From NCBI GenBank assembly GCA_947626055.1, contig CANQQP010000001.1, positions 75,314-139,313 of the forward strand: 64,000 nucleotides of DNA, in the 5' to 3' direction. Source of the stretch: an uncultured Bacilli bacterium (lineage in GTDB: Bacteria; Bacillota_I; Bacilli_A; RF39; UBA660). Position numbers and translations under genes: made by a program. Below, one piece after another: positions 48,639-59,245 of the stretch (within the stretch, counting starts at the first letter, position 1; every line of letters starts with the position of its first letter). Below the pieces are notes generated by a model. That model saw only the letters and a program-made list of their open reading frames with translations. It was not told the DNA's origin and did not search any database.

Positions 48639-49607
48639 TTAAAAATTTAACTTATATTTTTTACTTAATTGTTTAATCAAACCATTATATGGTTCTTCTT
48701 GTGGAGTAATATGTCCATTTCTTGAGCTTCTTATATTAAAAATTAAAGTGTTTAAAAATTCAACTTGTTCATTCTCAGGTAGATTATCTATATTTTTTCT
48801 TATATTTTTACCAATAAATGAGATATCGTTATTAATTACTTTTTCCTTATTTCTTAAAAATTCATCAACATCATCAACACAATAGCTTTTCAATATTTCG
48901 ATATCATTTTGTAATTCTTGGGAATAAACTAATTTTTCCTTTTCATTTATAGAATATTGATAATCATAATAAAAGCTACAACTTTCGATAATATACATCA
49001 TATTTTGCATTTTTTGTTCTGTTGAAGCTAAAGAAAAATTGGGTACTTCATTGTAAAATGAATTATATATTTCAATAAGATTTCGTTTATTGTGTAAAGG
49101 TATATAGCTAACTTCTTGTATATCAAAAAAATCTTTTAAAGACGTATACTGAATTTCTTGCATTTTTAAAAAATCTTTTAAAATTGATTTAATTTTTAAA
49201 TTTACATGAGAATAATTAGAATTATTTTGATAATACTTTCTATTAATTTTAGTATTTATATTATAATTATCATTCTCAATTCTTAAAATCTCTTGATTAT
49301 TTTCTTTAATAATGTAGCTAAAACTTACTAGTTTATCTTGATCGAATGCTACTGTACTATGCAAATTTTCTGTATTTAATATTATATTAAAAAATGTTAA
49401 ATTATAATCTCTAAAAATTGATTTAATCCATAAAATAACGTTTGCTAAATTAACTGAAGAATTAACATTACTAAGAAGATTATCAAAGTAACTTAATCTA
49501 TTTTCTTTATCTTCTTGCCTAATGTTCATATTTTCATCGTACGCTATACATACTTTAAGTTTTGTGTTTTTATCTTCTAATTTATAACTTTTATCAAGTA
49601 AAATCAT
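48639..49607 (-). CDS. hypothetical protein, 322 aa; the C-terminal half faintly resembles YwgA/Panacea-type wHTH domains
   Basis: RBS aggaggg 27 nt after the mnmA stop. The block EQKMQNMMYIIE...YDYQYSI...LVYSQELQNDIEILK echoes the KLQKLLY...Y.F...GPYS.EL..D pattern. Confidence 0.55.
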   Translation of the reverse strand: MILLDKSYKLEDKNTKLKVCIAYDENMNIRQEDKENRLSYFDNLLSNVNSSVNLANVILWIKSIFRDYNLTFFNIILNTENLHSTVAFDQDKLVSFSYIIKENNQEILRIENDNYNINTKINRKYYQNNSNYSHVNLKIKSILKDFLKMQEIQYTSLKDFFDIQEVSYIPLHNKRNLIEIYNSFYNEVPNFSLASTEQKMQNMMYIIESCSFYYDYQYSINEKEKLVYSQELQNDIEILKSYCVDDVDEFLRNKEKVINNDISFIGKNIRKNIDNLPENEQVEFLNTLIFNIRSSRNGHITPQEEPYNGLIKQLSKKYKLNF

Positions 49608-49634
49608 TTTAAAACCCTCCTACCTAGTATTTTA

Positions 49635-50741
49635 TCATAAATACCATAATTTTTCATTGTTTTTATAGACTTCTTTAATAATGCCACTTCCTAAACATTG
49701 TTCTCCTAAATATAGGACACATGCTTGACCAGGAGTTACCGCTTTAGCTCTTCCACTATAAGAGACCATTGCCATGTTATTTTCTAAATATTCGATAGCT
49801 ACAGCATGATCCGGACCGCGATAACGGAATTTAGCAGTACAAAATGTTGGGGTTGTCGGTGAAATAAAATTAACGTTTTCAATTAAACAAGCATCGGAAT
49901 ACAAATATTCACTATCATCACCAAAACATACATATAAAACGTTTTTCTCGACATCTTTTCCGCAGACAAAGTGTCTTTGTTCATTACCGCTTATACCAAC
50001 ATTTCGTCGTTGACCAATAGTATAATTCATAAGTCCTGTATGGCGCCCAATAACCTCTTTAGTTTCAACATCGATTATATCTCCAGGATTAGGTTTTAAA
50101 TAATTAGAAATAAATTCTTGATAATGTCTTTCACCAATAAAACAAATACCAGTCGAATCTTTTTTATGAGCTGTTGTAATATGAATTTCTTCGGCAATTT
50201 TTCGAACTTCTGGCTTAGTTAGTCCCCCAATAGGAAATAATACATCTTTTAGTTGATTAGGTGTTAATTGTGCCAAAAAATAACTTTGATCCTTATTTTG
50301 ATCTATTCCTCTTAAAAGACGATTTCCATAAGTACGTGCATAATGACCCGTTGCAATATAATCAGCTCCTAGCTTGCGCGCCTCTTTAATAAATAAATCA
50401 AACTTAATATATTTATTACACATTAAATCAGGATTGGGAGTTCTTCCCTTTTTTAGTTCCTCTAAAAAGTAAGAAAAGACATTGTCCCAATATTCTTTAA
50501 TAAAATCTACGCGATGTAAAGGAATATTTAGTTCTTCGCAAACTTTTTTCGCATCATTATAATCTTGTTCCTGCGGACAAATATCATTATTCAAATTAGG
50601 ATTTCCTAAATTATCATTATTAAGAGTGCTATCCCAATTGCGCATAAAAAGACCGATTACTTCATAACCCTCTTTTTTAAGTAAATATGCGGCAACAGAA
50701 GAATCAACTCCCCCACTCATCCCGATGACAACTTTTTTCAT
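49635..50741 (-). CDS. mnmA: tRNA-specific 2-thiouridylase MnmA
   Basis: PP-loop VVIGMSGGVDSSVAAYLL, CNKYIKF, GHYAR, DQSYFL motifs. Confidence 0.95.
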   Translation of the reverse strand: MKKVVIGMSGGVDSSVAAYLLKKEGYEVIGLFMRNWDSTLNNDNLGNPNLNNDICPQEQDYNDAKKVCEELNIPLHRVDFIKEYWDNVFSYFLEELKKGRTPNPDLMCNKYIKFDLFIKEARKLGADYIATGHYARTYGNRLLRGIDQNKDQSYFLAQLTPNQLKDVLFPIGGLTKPEVRKIAEEIHITTAHKKDSTGICFIGERHYQEFISNYLKPNPGDIIDVETKEVIGRHTGLMNYTIGQRRNVGISGNEQRHFVCGKDVEKNVLYVCFGDDSEYLYSDACLIENVNFISPTTPTFCTAKFRYRGPDHAVAIEYLENNMAMVSYSGRAKAVTPGQACVLYLGEQCLGSGIIKEVYKNNEKLWYL

Positions 50742-50808
50742 TTTTTCACCAACTAACTTGCTAAAATTATATCAAATAGTTATGAAAAAATAAAGGTGCA
50801 AGGCTTAT

Positions 50809-51750
50809 CTAAAAACGCTTAAGAGCTAAAATATTTGGATTATCTTCATCAAAAGTATTAAGATTAAAATTTTGGGAATCCAAATTAAGAGTTATACTGA
50901 TTTTCTTTAATTCTTCAAAGATATCTTTAATAACGGCTAAATGAAATGGATTAAACTCTATTTTATTTAGTAAATATGTGATAATATCGTAAGTTTCCTT
51001 AATATAATTTTCTTGAAATTGTCTATCGGTAATATGGACTAAATCTTTAATATTGGCCAAACGGTCGCACAACTTAACAAACATAGCTCCAGTCGTCATA
51101 TCTAACATTTTGGCTTGTAAGTATTTTGTTTTACCTAATAAATTAATTTTATCATTATTATTTGTAAGTTCTAAAATCATACTAACAGTCACAGGCGAAA
51201 ATTGTTTTTGTAACATTTCTATACTTATATCACTCATTTCTAAAACATCATGTAACACACAACTAACATATATATCATTAATTTCCTGTAAATCCTCTAG
51301 AGTCTGCATATGAAATAATTCTATACAAGAATATGCTAACTTTAAAACCATTAATGGATGGTTTATATAAGGCGTTATACCATCTTTTCTAAATTGTCCT
51401 GCATGAATATCTTTAGCAAAATCAATTGCTCTTTTTAAATCATTTGTTAAAAATAAATTAGATATTCCATATTCATTTTTTATCGCATCTTTAGGCTCTT
51501 TATTATCGGCTGAGCTTTCATTTAATTGATCTAAGATACTTAAATTATAATTATATATTTCCATAATTCTGTACATGTTCCCATAACTAAATTGTTCTTT
51601 AATAACCTCATCAATATCATCATATGTATGAACATACCGCGTGAAATCAGTATAGTCCCATGTATCACACCAAATTATTGCATGCGAATAATTTTCACCT
51701 ACTCCCCTTAGAACAGCTTTTGCTATTTCAGCTTTACTCATTGCCGTCAT
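50809..51750 (-). CDS. HD-domain (p)ppGpp-hydrolase-like protein (small alarmone hydrolase type) with a roughly 100-aa N-terminal extension
   Basis: AKDIHAGQFRKDGITPYINHPLMV, CVLHDVLEMSD, FSPVTVSMILELT match the RelA/SpoT hydrolase HD fold. N-terminal residues 1-100 are unrecognised. Confidence 0.65.
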   Translation of the reverse strand: MTAMSKAEIAKAVLRGVGENYSHAIIWCDTWDYTDFTRYVHTYDDIDEVIKEQFSYGNMYRIMEIYNYNLSILDQLNESSADNKEPKDAIKNEYGISNLFLTNDLKRAIDFAKDIHAGQFRKDGITPYINHPLMVLKLAYSCIELFHMQTLEDLQEINDIYVSCVLHDVLEMSDISIEMLQKQFSPVTVSMILELTNNNDKINLLGKTKYLQAKMLDMTTGAMFVKLCDRLANIKDLVHITDRQFQENYIKETYDIITYLLNKIEFNPFHLAVIKDIFEELKKISITLNLDSQNFNLNTFDEDNPNILALKRF

Positions 51751-51839
51751 ATAATCACCTCTTTCTAATTGCAGTATATAATATTTTTTAATATAATAAA
51801 AATATATATTGTTTATATTGAATATAACTGGAGGTTATA

Positions 51840-52721
51840 ATGATAAATTTAGAACTATATAAAATTTTTTATGCTGTTGCCACGGAAGCAAATATAAGTA
51901 AAGCTAGTGAAAAGTTACATATATCTCAGCCTGCTGTTACAAAACAATTACAAAAATTAGAAGCTATGCTTAATAATCCCTTATTTATTAGAACCAAAAA
52001 AGGAGCAATCTTAACTGAATTTGGTCAAAATATATTTTTAAAAGTAAAACAAGCTTTAACATTGTTAGAAGATGTAGAAATTCAAGCCCATAATTTTTCT
52101 AAACTGGAAGTGGGTACAATAAAAATAGGTATTAGCACTACTTTAACGCGCAAGTTTCTATTACCCTATATAGAAAAATTTCATCATCTTCATCCTAATA
52201 TTATTATAGATATTTATACTGACCCGACTAAAACACTTTTAGATAAACTTAAAGCCGGGACAATTGATTTAATTATTGGGAAAATGCCTAATCTTTTAGA
52301 AAATGATTTAGTTTACGAAGAACTTGGTATTCTCAACTATCTATTTATAACTAATGAAAAATATTTGCCGGTTCCTCCTAAAATAAACGTTAAAGATTTA
52401 GAAAAATATCCTATTTTACTACCAAAAGAGCCTTCAAGCAGTCGTCAAAGTGCTCTAAATTATTTAAAACAAAATAATGTTAAAATAATTCCCAAAATGA
52501 ATATTGCCAGTTCTAATTTACTGATAGATTTTGTTAAAATGGGTTACGGAATTGGTTATGTTACTGATTTATACGTCAAAAACGAGTTACAAAAAAATAA
52601 TCTCACTATCGTTGATATCAGCCCTACTCCTCCCAAAATTTCCTTTGGCTTAATTTATTTAAAAAACAATACGCGCAGTCATATATGTCAAAAATTTATC
52701 GACGATCTTAAACTAAATTAA
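51840..52721 (+). CDS. LysR-family transcription regulator
   Basis: N-terminal HTH FYAVATEANISKASEKLHISQPAVTKQLQKLE plus a substrate-binding domain. Confidence 0.88.
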   Translation: MINLELYKIFYAVATEANISKASEKLHISQPAVTKQLQKLEAMLNNPLFIRTKKGAILTEFGQNIFLKVKQALTLLEDVEIQAHNFSKLEVGTIKIGISTTLTRKFLLPYIEKFHHLHPNIIIDIYTDPTKTLLDKLKAGTIDLIIGKMPNLLENDLVYEELGILNYLFITNEKYLPVPPKINVKDLEKYPILLPKEPSSSRQSALNYLKQNNVKIIPKMNIASSNLLIDFVKMGYGIGYVTDLYVKNELQKNNLTIVDISPTPPKISFGLIYLKNNTRSHICQKFIDDLKLN

Positions 52722-53303
52722 GAATAAAAAGATATTTAATATTTTATTAGCAAAAAAATACAAGAATAAATCATATACTACTATCACCCCAAGAGTAATA
52801 CCCAATTTTAAAAATAAATTTTTTAAATGTAAGTATAAAGAATCATTTTCTTTAAAAATAAGAACTCTAAGTAATTTTTTAGTAATTTTTAAAGCTATAT
52901 AACTAATATAGACTAAGCATAAAATAAAAATACATTTACATACTAAAATATGAATTAAGCCAAATAAAATTCCTTTTAATTTAAAAGCGCTATATAAAGA
53001 AGCTAATAAAAAGCCAATAGATGTACATTCATAAAATAAATAAAATAATATTAAGGGAACACCTATGATTGAATAAGATAAAAAAACTAAGGCAATAATT
53101 GTAATTAAATGCGGTAAAATCATATTTTGATGGGTAGTTTTTATTGTATCTTTTAAACCCATCATTTTTTCCATAATTACAGTTTTATTTAAATCACTTT
53201 GCATGGAAAAATATATAATTCCAAATAAAATACCTAGTAGTATTAAAGTAATTATTAAAACCTTGGCTGCATTTTTATTCTTCATCCTTTTCATATTTTT
53301 CAC
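52713..53303 (-). CDS. SpoIIM-like (DUF95) membrane protein
   Basis: TM topology and the block IIGVPLILFYLFYECTSIGFLLA parallel B. subtilis SpoIIM IIGLPLIFIMLFLKGIVVGFTVG. Confidence 0.45.
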   Translation of the reverse strand: MKNMKRMKNKNAAKVLIITLILLGILFGIIYFSMQSDLNKTVIMEKMMGLKDTIKTTHQNMILPHLITIIALVFLSYSIIGVPLILFYLFYECTSIGFLLASLYSAFKLKGILFGLIHILVCKCIFILCLVYISYIALKITKKLLRVLIFKENDSLYLHLKNLFLKLGITLGVIVVYDLFLYFFANKILNIFLFLI

Positions 53304-53369
53304 CTAATTAAATATATTTACAATGATATAAAAATATGATAAATTTATTTTGTTGAGGTGAAATTTAAA

Positions 53370-53465
53370 ATGAGTAAAAAAGCACAAAAAATAGCCGTAT
53401 GGTCAATGCTTATCGTAATGGTTGTCGGTACTCTTATCGGTATAGCTGCCTATTTATTAAGATAA
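53370..53465 (+). CDS. 31-aa single-TM peptide (absent from the ORF track)
   Basis: MSKKAQKIAVWSMLIVMVVGTLIGIAAYLLR. RBS gaggtg 8 nt upstream, possible TTTACA-17-TAAATT promoter, followed by an 11-bp terminator. Confidence 0.5.
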   Translation: MSKKAQKIAVWSMLIVMVVGTLIGIAAYLLR

Positions 53466-53467
53466 AA

Positions 53468-53497
53468 AAATACTAAATTATTGCATTTAGTATTTTT
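53468..53497. terminator. bidirectional terminator shared by the small peptide gene and mscL
   Basis: 11-bp stem aaatactaaat/atttagtattt with A/T runs on both sides. Confidence 0.7.
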
Positions 53498-53957
53498 ATT
53501 TTTTTGACTTTTCTTTTTTTAATAAATCTCTAATTTCTTCTAATAACACAGCTTCTTCACTTTTAGTTTTTTCAACTGGTTCTTCTTCTTTTTTTGGCAT
53601 TATTTTATTAATTACTTTAACAATTACAAATATGCATATTGCGATAATTAAAAAATCAATAACATTTTGAATAAAATTACCAATCATTATATTGGCATTA
53701 CCAAAAGTAATTTTTAAAGATGTAAAATCATGACCACCAATTATTACGCCAATAACAGGCATTAATAAATCACTCACTATTGAAGTTACAATTTTACCAA
53801 ATGCACCTCCGATAATAACACCGACAGCTAAATCAACTACATTACCTTTAGCGATAAATTCTTTAAATTCATTAATAAATTTATTTCCTTTAATTTTTTT
53901 TAAGTTTTCTTTAACATCTTTTTTTATTTCTTTTTTCTCCATTACTACTTCCTCCAC
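53496..53957 (-). CDS. mscL: large-conductance mechanosensitive channel MscL
   Basis: [28 protein letters not shown] core, preceded by a roughly 25-aa K/E-rich extension. The start could be an internal Met. Confidence 0.9.
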   Translation of the reverse strand: MEEVVMEKKEIKKDVKENLKKIKGNKFINEFKEFIAKGNVVDLAVGVIIGGAFGKIVTSIVSDLLMPVIGVIIGGHDFTSLKITFGNANIMIGNFIQNVIDFLIIAICIFVIVKVINKIMPKKEEEPVEKTKSEEAVLLEEIRDLLKKEKSKK

Positions 53958-53975
53958 TTCTTTAATTATATCTAA

Positions 53976-54602
53976 TTAACTTGTAATAGTATATGTTTTT
54001 TTATAATGACTTTCTAATGAGTCTGGTTTCTCATCATTTCTTCCCCAACGTAAGCGAATTTCTAAATATAAATCATTAAAATTATGAAATGTGTTCTTTT
54101 TAAACATATTTAATTTTCCATCAAAATCACTATGAAAGATATCTTGATAATTATCATTTACTTGCTTAAAATAAGCATAATTATTATATAGTTGTTCTAA
54201 AGAAGACTGCAAGTTGTCAGCAGATATGCTTTCCGTTATTTCATTAATCTGATTATTAATATCTTTTAAAATTTTACAATATTCATTCTTAGCACGTCTA
54301 ATAATTACTGGCTTAATTTCCGGTAAACTTTGATACCTATTCCAAGTGATATCATTCCAAATATTATCAATAATCCTATCGGCTTGTTTAACTAAATGAT
54401 TAATTTCAATACTGTAAATAGCTCCAATTTGTTTTTTAACATTTTTCAGCATATGTTCTGTTTTAGTTATTTCTTGTTTTAATTTAACTATTTCTTCATC
54501 TTCGTCGTTATTATCATTAGCTATTCCTTTTAAAGCACTTTGATATTGTTTTAAATTATTAATGATAGTTACAAGTTGGGTTTTAACAAACGTCTCACTC
54601 AT
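53976..54602 (-). CDS. hypothetical coiled-coil protein, 208 aa
   Basis: ORF with RBS agaggtgg; no motif recognised. Confidence 0.55.
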   Translation of the reverse strand: MSETFVKTQLVTIINNLKQYQSALKGIANDNNDEDEEIVKLKQEITKTEHMLKNVKKQIGAIYSIEINHLVKQADRIIDNIWNDITWNRYQSLPEIKPVIIRRAKNEYCKILKDINNQINEITESISADNLQSSLEQLYNNYAYFKQVNDNYQDIFHSDFDGKLNMFKKNTFHNFNDLYLEIRLRWGRNDEKPDSLESHYKKTYTITS

Positions 54603-54654
54603 TTATAATCCACCTCTTTATAGCTTTATATCTTATCGCAAATAAAAAAAATAA

Positions 54655-55314
54655 TCAATTAGAAACTAATATCTTTTTGATTATTTTTATTTGTTTTTTA
54701 ATTTTCATTCTAATTAATATTTTTAATTTCGGAACTTTGTTTAAAATAGTAATATTTTTAGTTAATAAATAATGAAAATAATCTTTACTATCCTTCTTTT
54801 TAATTAAAATCGGCCCATACATGAACTCGGAGTAATTGTATTTGTATACTCCTTTTATAAATTCAATTATGACATAGTATTTATTTTTATCTAAAACAAC
54901 TAATTCCTGCTTTATGATATAGCCTCTACTATTCATTACTTTTCTTAATGAAAATAAATCATTATTACTTTGGACAATAATTTTTTCAATATTTTCTAAT
55001 TTATGCGCGTCAGCTAAAATTTTTAAAATAGTAGATGTTCCCATTCCAGAAATAACAACAGTATTAAAGCCTTTAACATTTATATTTGTCAGACCATCAC
55101 TTAAAACTGTCATTATTTTATCTTCCATTTTCTCCTTTTTAATATTTGCAATGGCATTATTTAAAGCATTTGGATTAATGTCACTGGCTATTAATTTAGC
55201 ACAGCCTAAATGAGCAAGATAAAGACACAAATATCCATGATCACAGCCAATGTCTATAATATTATCTTTCTTTTTAATTAAAGAAGCAATAGCTTTTAAT
55301 CTTAAAGAGAGCAT
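54655..55314 (-). CDS. trmK: tRNA (adenine22-N1)-methyltransferase TrmK
   Basis: RLKAIASLI...IIDIGCDHGYL...ASDINPNAL; conserved position after rpoD; TAATG overlap with the rpoD stop. Confidence 0.8.
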   Translation of the reverse strand: MLSLRLKAIASLIKKKDNIIDIGCDHGYLCLYLAHLGCAKLIASDINPNALNNAIANIKKEKMEDKIMTVLSDGLTNINVKGFNTVVISGMGTSTILKILADAHKLENIEKIIVQSNNDLFSLRKVMNSRGYIIKQELVVLDKNKYYVIIEFIKGVYKYNYSEFMYGPILIKKKDSKDYFHYLLTKNITILNKVPKLKILIRMKIKKQIKIIKKILVSN

Positions 55315-56405
55315 TAGTCATCACTTAAGAAGTCTTTTAACTTTTTAGCACGAGAAGGATGTCTTAATTTACGTAAAGCTTTGGCTTCAATTTGACGAAT
55401 ACGTTCACGCGTAACATTAAATCTTTTTCCTACTTCTTCTAAAGTATGACTTGTTCCATCAATAAGACCAAATCTTAATTCCAATACTTCTTGTTCTCTT
55501 TCTTGTAAAGTCATTAAAACATTTTTTATTTCCTCTTTTAATATTTCATTAGTGGCATATTCCTCTGGAGACATGCTATTAATATCTGGTAAAAAGTCTC
55601 CTAAGTGAGAATCATCTTCCTCGCCAATTGGTGTCTCCAAAGAAACTGGATCTTGAGATATTTTAATAACTTCACGAACTTTTTCGACGGTAATACCCAT
55701 TCTCTTTGCTATCTCTTCTTCCGATGGTTCACGATTTAATTCCAAAGTCATTTGTCTTTGAATACGCACCATTTTATTAATTGTTTCTACCATATGAACT
55801 GGAACACGAATAGTTCGCGCTTGGTCAGCTAAAGCACGGGTAATAGCTTGTCTAATCCACCAAGTAGCATAAGTAGAAAACTTATATCCTTTATCATAAT
55901 CAAATTTCTCAACGGCTTTCATTAAACCAATATTTCCTTCCTGAATTAAATCAAGAAATAAAAGACCGCGACCTACATAACGTTTGGCAATAGAAACTAC
56001 TAAACGTAAATTGGATTCCGCCAATTTGTTTTTAGCCATCTCATCTCCCGCTGCGGAAGCTATGGATAACTCTCTTTCTTCTTCGGCTGAAAGTAAGCTA
56101 ATACGACCAATTTCTTTTAAATACATACGAACAGGATCATTGATATTGACGTCCTTAGTTATTTCTTCATCATTTAAAATCTCAACTTCATTTTTAGATT
56201 TTGAAGAGTCGCTATCCTCCTCATCTTCAGCAATTATTTCAATATTGTTCTCAACAAAAAAATTATATAAATCATCTAAAGTATCATTATCAACTTCTAG
56301 ACCTTTTAAAGCATTAGCTAATTCCTCAAAAGTAATATACCCTCTTGTCTTTCCTAATTTTAATAAATCTTTTTTTCTTTCCTCTAAACTTTTTATTTCT
56401 ACCAT
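55314..56405 (-). CDS. rpoD: primary sigma factor RpoD/SigA
   Basis: Regions 2-4: [59 protein letters not shown]. Start at ATG 56405, 1 nt after the dnaG stop. Confidence 0.95.
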   Translation of the reverse strand: MVEIKSLEERKKDLLKLGKTRGYITFEELANALKGLEVDNDTLDDLYNFFVENNIEIIAEDEEDSDSSKSKNEVEILNDEEITKDVNINDPVRMYLKEIGRISLLSAEEERELSIASAAGDEMAKNKLAESNLRLVVSIAKRYVGRGLLFLDLIQEGNIGLMKAVEKFDYDKGYKFSTYATWWIRQAITRALADQARTIRVPVHMVETINKMVRIQRQMTLELNREPSEEEIAKRMGITVEKVREVIKISQDPVSLETPIGEEDDSHLGDFLPDINSMSPEEYATNEILKEEIKNVLMTLQEREQEVLELRFGLIDGTSHTLEEVGKRFNVTRERIRQIEAKALRKLRHPSRAKKLKDFLSDD

Positions 56406-56406
56406 T

Positions 56407-58167
56407 TTAAACACTTCCTTTTTTAAGCTCTGCTATTTGCATCGCAATTTCTATTTTTTTATTTTTATCCAATTCTTCTTTTAAACTTTGTTTTAATTCT
56501 TTAATTGTTTTTTGTTTATTACCTTTTTGAATACTATTTAAGTAATCCATAAATACATTTTCATCCAATTGTTCTTCACTACCTTCATTTATTATATCCA
56601 AAACTTCCGGATAAAAACGTTCATTGGTACTGGCATATGTTAAAAAATCAGCCATACTAATTGTTTTATTTGATTCATAGTAATAAATAATAGCTTTGGC
56701 AATCTCGCGAAAATTTACATTATCTAAGAAAACCAAATTATCTTGATATATGCGTATATACTTCGCTTCATTCATCATATAAAATAATAGTTTCTTACAA
56801 GCAACTTGATAAGTATTATTTTTAACTTGCTTCTTTAACGCAATCTCACTTTCAACCTTAAATTCGGTTTTTTCAGCCTTATTTTTATTCGAAGTAATAT
56901 TTTGGAGTTTTTCTTTGAGCATATCATACTCTAAGTTATAATCCGTAGCTAATTTTTTTAAAGTAACATCAATCAAAAGCGGATCTTGTTCGAAAGCAAT
57001 ATCTAAAAGAACATCATTAATATAATTAACTAAATCTACAGTTTGCTCTAAATTTTTATTTTGTTTTAAATAATTTAAACTAAAATCAAAATATTTCAAG
57101 GGCTCTTTTAAATTTTTTTCAAAAGCCTCAATGCCGTTTTTTAAAATATATTCATCAGGATCTTTAGCCCCACTTAATTTAATTACTTCAATTTCAAAAT
57201 TATCTTTTTTAAGTAACTGACCTATATCATAAATAGCTTTTTGACCTGCACCATCATTATCTAAACATAAAACTACTTTAGCATTTAACTTTTTTAATAA
57301 GACAATCTGATCTTTTGTAAGAGAGGTTCCCATAATAGCTAAAACATTTTTAACCCCATTAATATATAAACGAATAGCATCCATGTATCCTTCTACCAAA
57401 ATAACTGCTTTTTCATTACGGATAAATGGCTTTGCCCTGTGATAATTAAATAAAATTTGCCCTTTTTTAAAAATAATAGTTTCCCTTGTATTAACGTATT
57501 TAGCAGCTTCACTTTCATAATAAACGCGGCCACTAAAGCCGACAATATGGCCATTGGGATCGTGTAAAGGAAACATTATTCGATTAACAAAATAATCATA
57601 TGGACTATCATGAGTATTTACTAATGCAACATCATCCATTTCTTTTTCCGTATATTTCTTACTTTTTAATAATCTATATAACATTTGTCGATCAGTCAAA
57701 GTTAATCCAATACCGAATTCCGCTATGGCATTTTTATCTAAACCTCTTTGCTGCAAATATTCTCGCGCTTGAATACCCAAATCGGTTTTTAAATTATTTT
57801 GAAAAAATTTCTGCGCAAGATCCATCATTTCATAATATCTAGTGTTTTTATCATTTTGTTTTATATTTATAGCATTTGATAAAGTTATTCCATAACGTTT
57901 GGCCAAAATATCAACAGCTTCCAAAAAGGAAACATTTTCATAATTTTGAACAAAAGTTATTACATTACCAGCAGCCCCACAAGAAAAACATTTATAAATT
58001 TGTTTTTCAGCCGAAACACTCATACTTGGGGAATGATCCTCATGAAAAGGACAAACCCCAAAATAATTTTTACCTTTGTGCATCAGTGGAATATAGCTAC
58101 TAATAACTTCTACTATATCAGCATGCATACGAACGTTATTAATTTCCTCTAGTGGAAGTATTGCCAT
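56407..58167 (-). CDS. dnaG: DNA primase DnaG
   Basis: Zinc finger [13 protein letters not shown]...[23 protein letters not shown] and DNDGAGQKA. Confidence 0.95.
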   Translation of the reverse strand: MAILPLEEINNVRMHADIVEVISSYIPLMHKGKNYFGVCPFHEDHSPSMSVSAEKQIYKCFSCGAAGNVITFVQNYENVSFLEAVDILAKRYGITLSNAINIKQNDKNTRYYEMMDLAQKFFQNNLKTDLGIQAREYLQQRGLDKNAIAEFGIGLTLTDRQMLYRLLKSKKYTEKEMDDVALVNTHDSPYDYFVNRIMFPLHDPNGHIVGFSGRVYYESEAAKYVNTRETIIFKKGQILFNYHRAKPFIRNEKAVILVEGYMDAIRLYINGVKNVLAIMGTSLTKDQIVLLKKLNAKVVLCLDNDGAGQKAIYDIGQLLKKDNFEIEVIKLSGAKDPDEYILKNGIEAFEKNLKEPLKYFDFSLNYLKQNKNLEQTVDLVNYINDVLLDIAFEQDPLLIDVTLKKLATDYNLEYDMLKEKLQNITSNKNKAEKTEFKVESEIALKKQVKNNTYQVACKKLLFYMMNEAKYIRIYQDNLVFLDNVNFREIAKAIIYYYESNKTISMADFLTYASTNERFYPEVLDIINEGSEEQLDENVFMDYLNSIQKGNKQKTIKELKQSLKEELDKNKKIEIAMQIAELKKGSV

Positions 58168-58287
58168 ATCTTCACACCCCTCTACTATTTATATATTATA
58201 GGTAAAGGCCTAATTTCCTTTTTTTTCTTTCAAAAATGGCAATTTTTTTTAATTTTTTGCTACTTTTTCCTATTTTAACCATAATTT

Positions 58288-59190
58288 TTAATATTTTGGC
58301 GTAATTTTAGTTAAAAGAGGAACATAATCTTTTATATCTTCTTGCGTCATTTCGCAAGTAATGTTATGGGGTTTAGAAACAACTTTGCTATTTTCAATAG
58401 CATAATTTTCATAATTTGGATTATTATAAAATACTTCTTCTCTTTCCCTTAAAGCTTTTCCATACTCATCTATATCATCATATAAAGGACGAATAGCATT
58501 ATTAGAAAAAATCGTTTTTAAATCGTCAGTAAATATATTGCCAAGACAATTACTGCCATTTACGGCATAAGTTGAATTACAATTCACAATATTACCTTCC
58601 ACATCAAAACTAACAAGAGGTCCGACATAGTGAAATTTTTGACCTTTATACTCTTCAAGATAATTAATAAAACCTAGAACCGCAGGTTTGGCCTTTTTAT
58701 AATAATTTATTTGCCTAGCATTACCGATATCATATAAACATTTTGGTAACTTCTTTATTCCGGCAAAATGTTTTTCTTGCATTATTTTTTTAACATTTTC
58801 ATAATAATCAAGCAATAGCCCATTTCTTAAAATACTCTGATCATGAAAATAATCGCCACTTATATAAATTTTTCCCTCTAAAAAATGGCTCTTAAGTAAT
58901 TGAAAGAAATTTGGATTATACAGGGTTCCATTTGTAATAACTTCATATTGTCCCACTGTAACATGTTTTTCTTTTAAGACTTTAAGCAAAAGTTTTAATT
59001 CTTCCTCCGCTAGTTGTACTTCGCCCCCACTTATAACCAGTCTATTACAAAAAACTATATCATTAAAAATAGCTTCTAGTACTTCTTTGGTAATTTTTTT
59101 GCCTGTAGGCTTGCCTTTCATACACATATCACAATCTAAATTACATACCTGTGCTAGCTCAATCGATAAAGTATCAATTAAATATTTCAT
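58288..59190 (-). CDS. radical SAM enzyme with a reduced twitch/SPASM-like C-terminus
   Basis: CNLDCDMC (CX3CX2C), ISGGEVQL, and C-terminal NCNSTYAVNGSNCLGNIF. Start at ATG 59190 behind ggggg. Confidence 0.75.
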   Translation of the reverse strand: MKYLIDTLSIELAQVCNLDCDMCMKGKPTGKKITKEVLEAIFNDIVFCNRLVISGGEVQLAEEELKLLLKVLKEKHVTVGQYEVITNGTLYNPNFFQLLKSHFLEGKIYISGDYFHDQSILRNGLLLDYYENVKKIMQEKHFAGIKKLPKCLYDIGNARQINYYKKAKPAVLGFINYLEEYKGQKFHYVGPLVSFDVEGNIVNCNSTYAVNGSNCLGNIFTDDLKTIFSNNAIRPLYDDIDEYGKALREREEVFYNNPNYENYAIENSKVVSKPHNITCEMTQEDIKDYVPLLTKITPKY

Positions 59191-59245
59191 ATTAACCCCC
59201 ACCAATTGCCCCTTATAATAGCACAAAAGAAAAAAATTTGCAAAA

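Noticed and set aside
58194-58280. A 28-aa Lys-rich ORF (MVKIGKSSKKLKKIAIFERKKRKLGLYL) starts 5 nt after the radical SAM stop. I considered it as a possible substrate peptide.
   Set aside because: It has no RBS and no Cys, Ser or Thr pattern typical of rSAM-modified peptides. Its lysines come from poly-A tracts, and the region is better explained as the dnaG promoter and leader.
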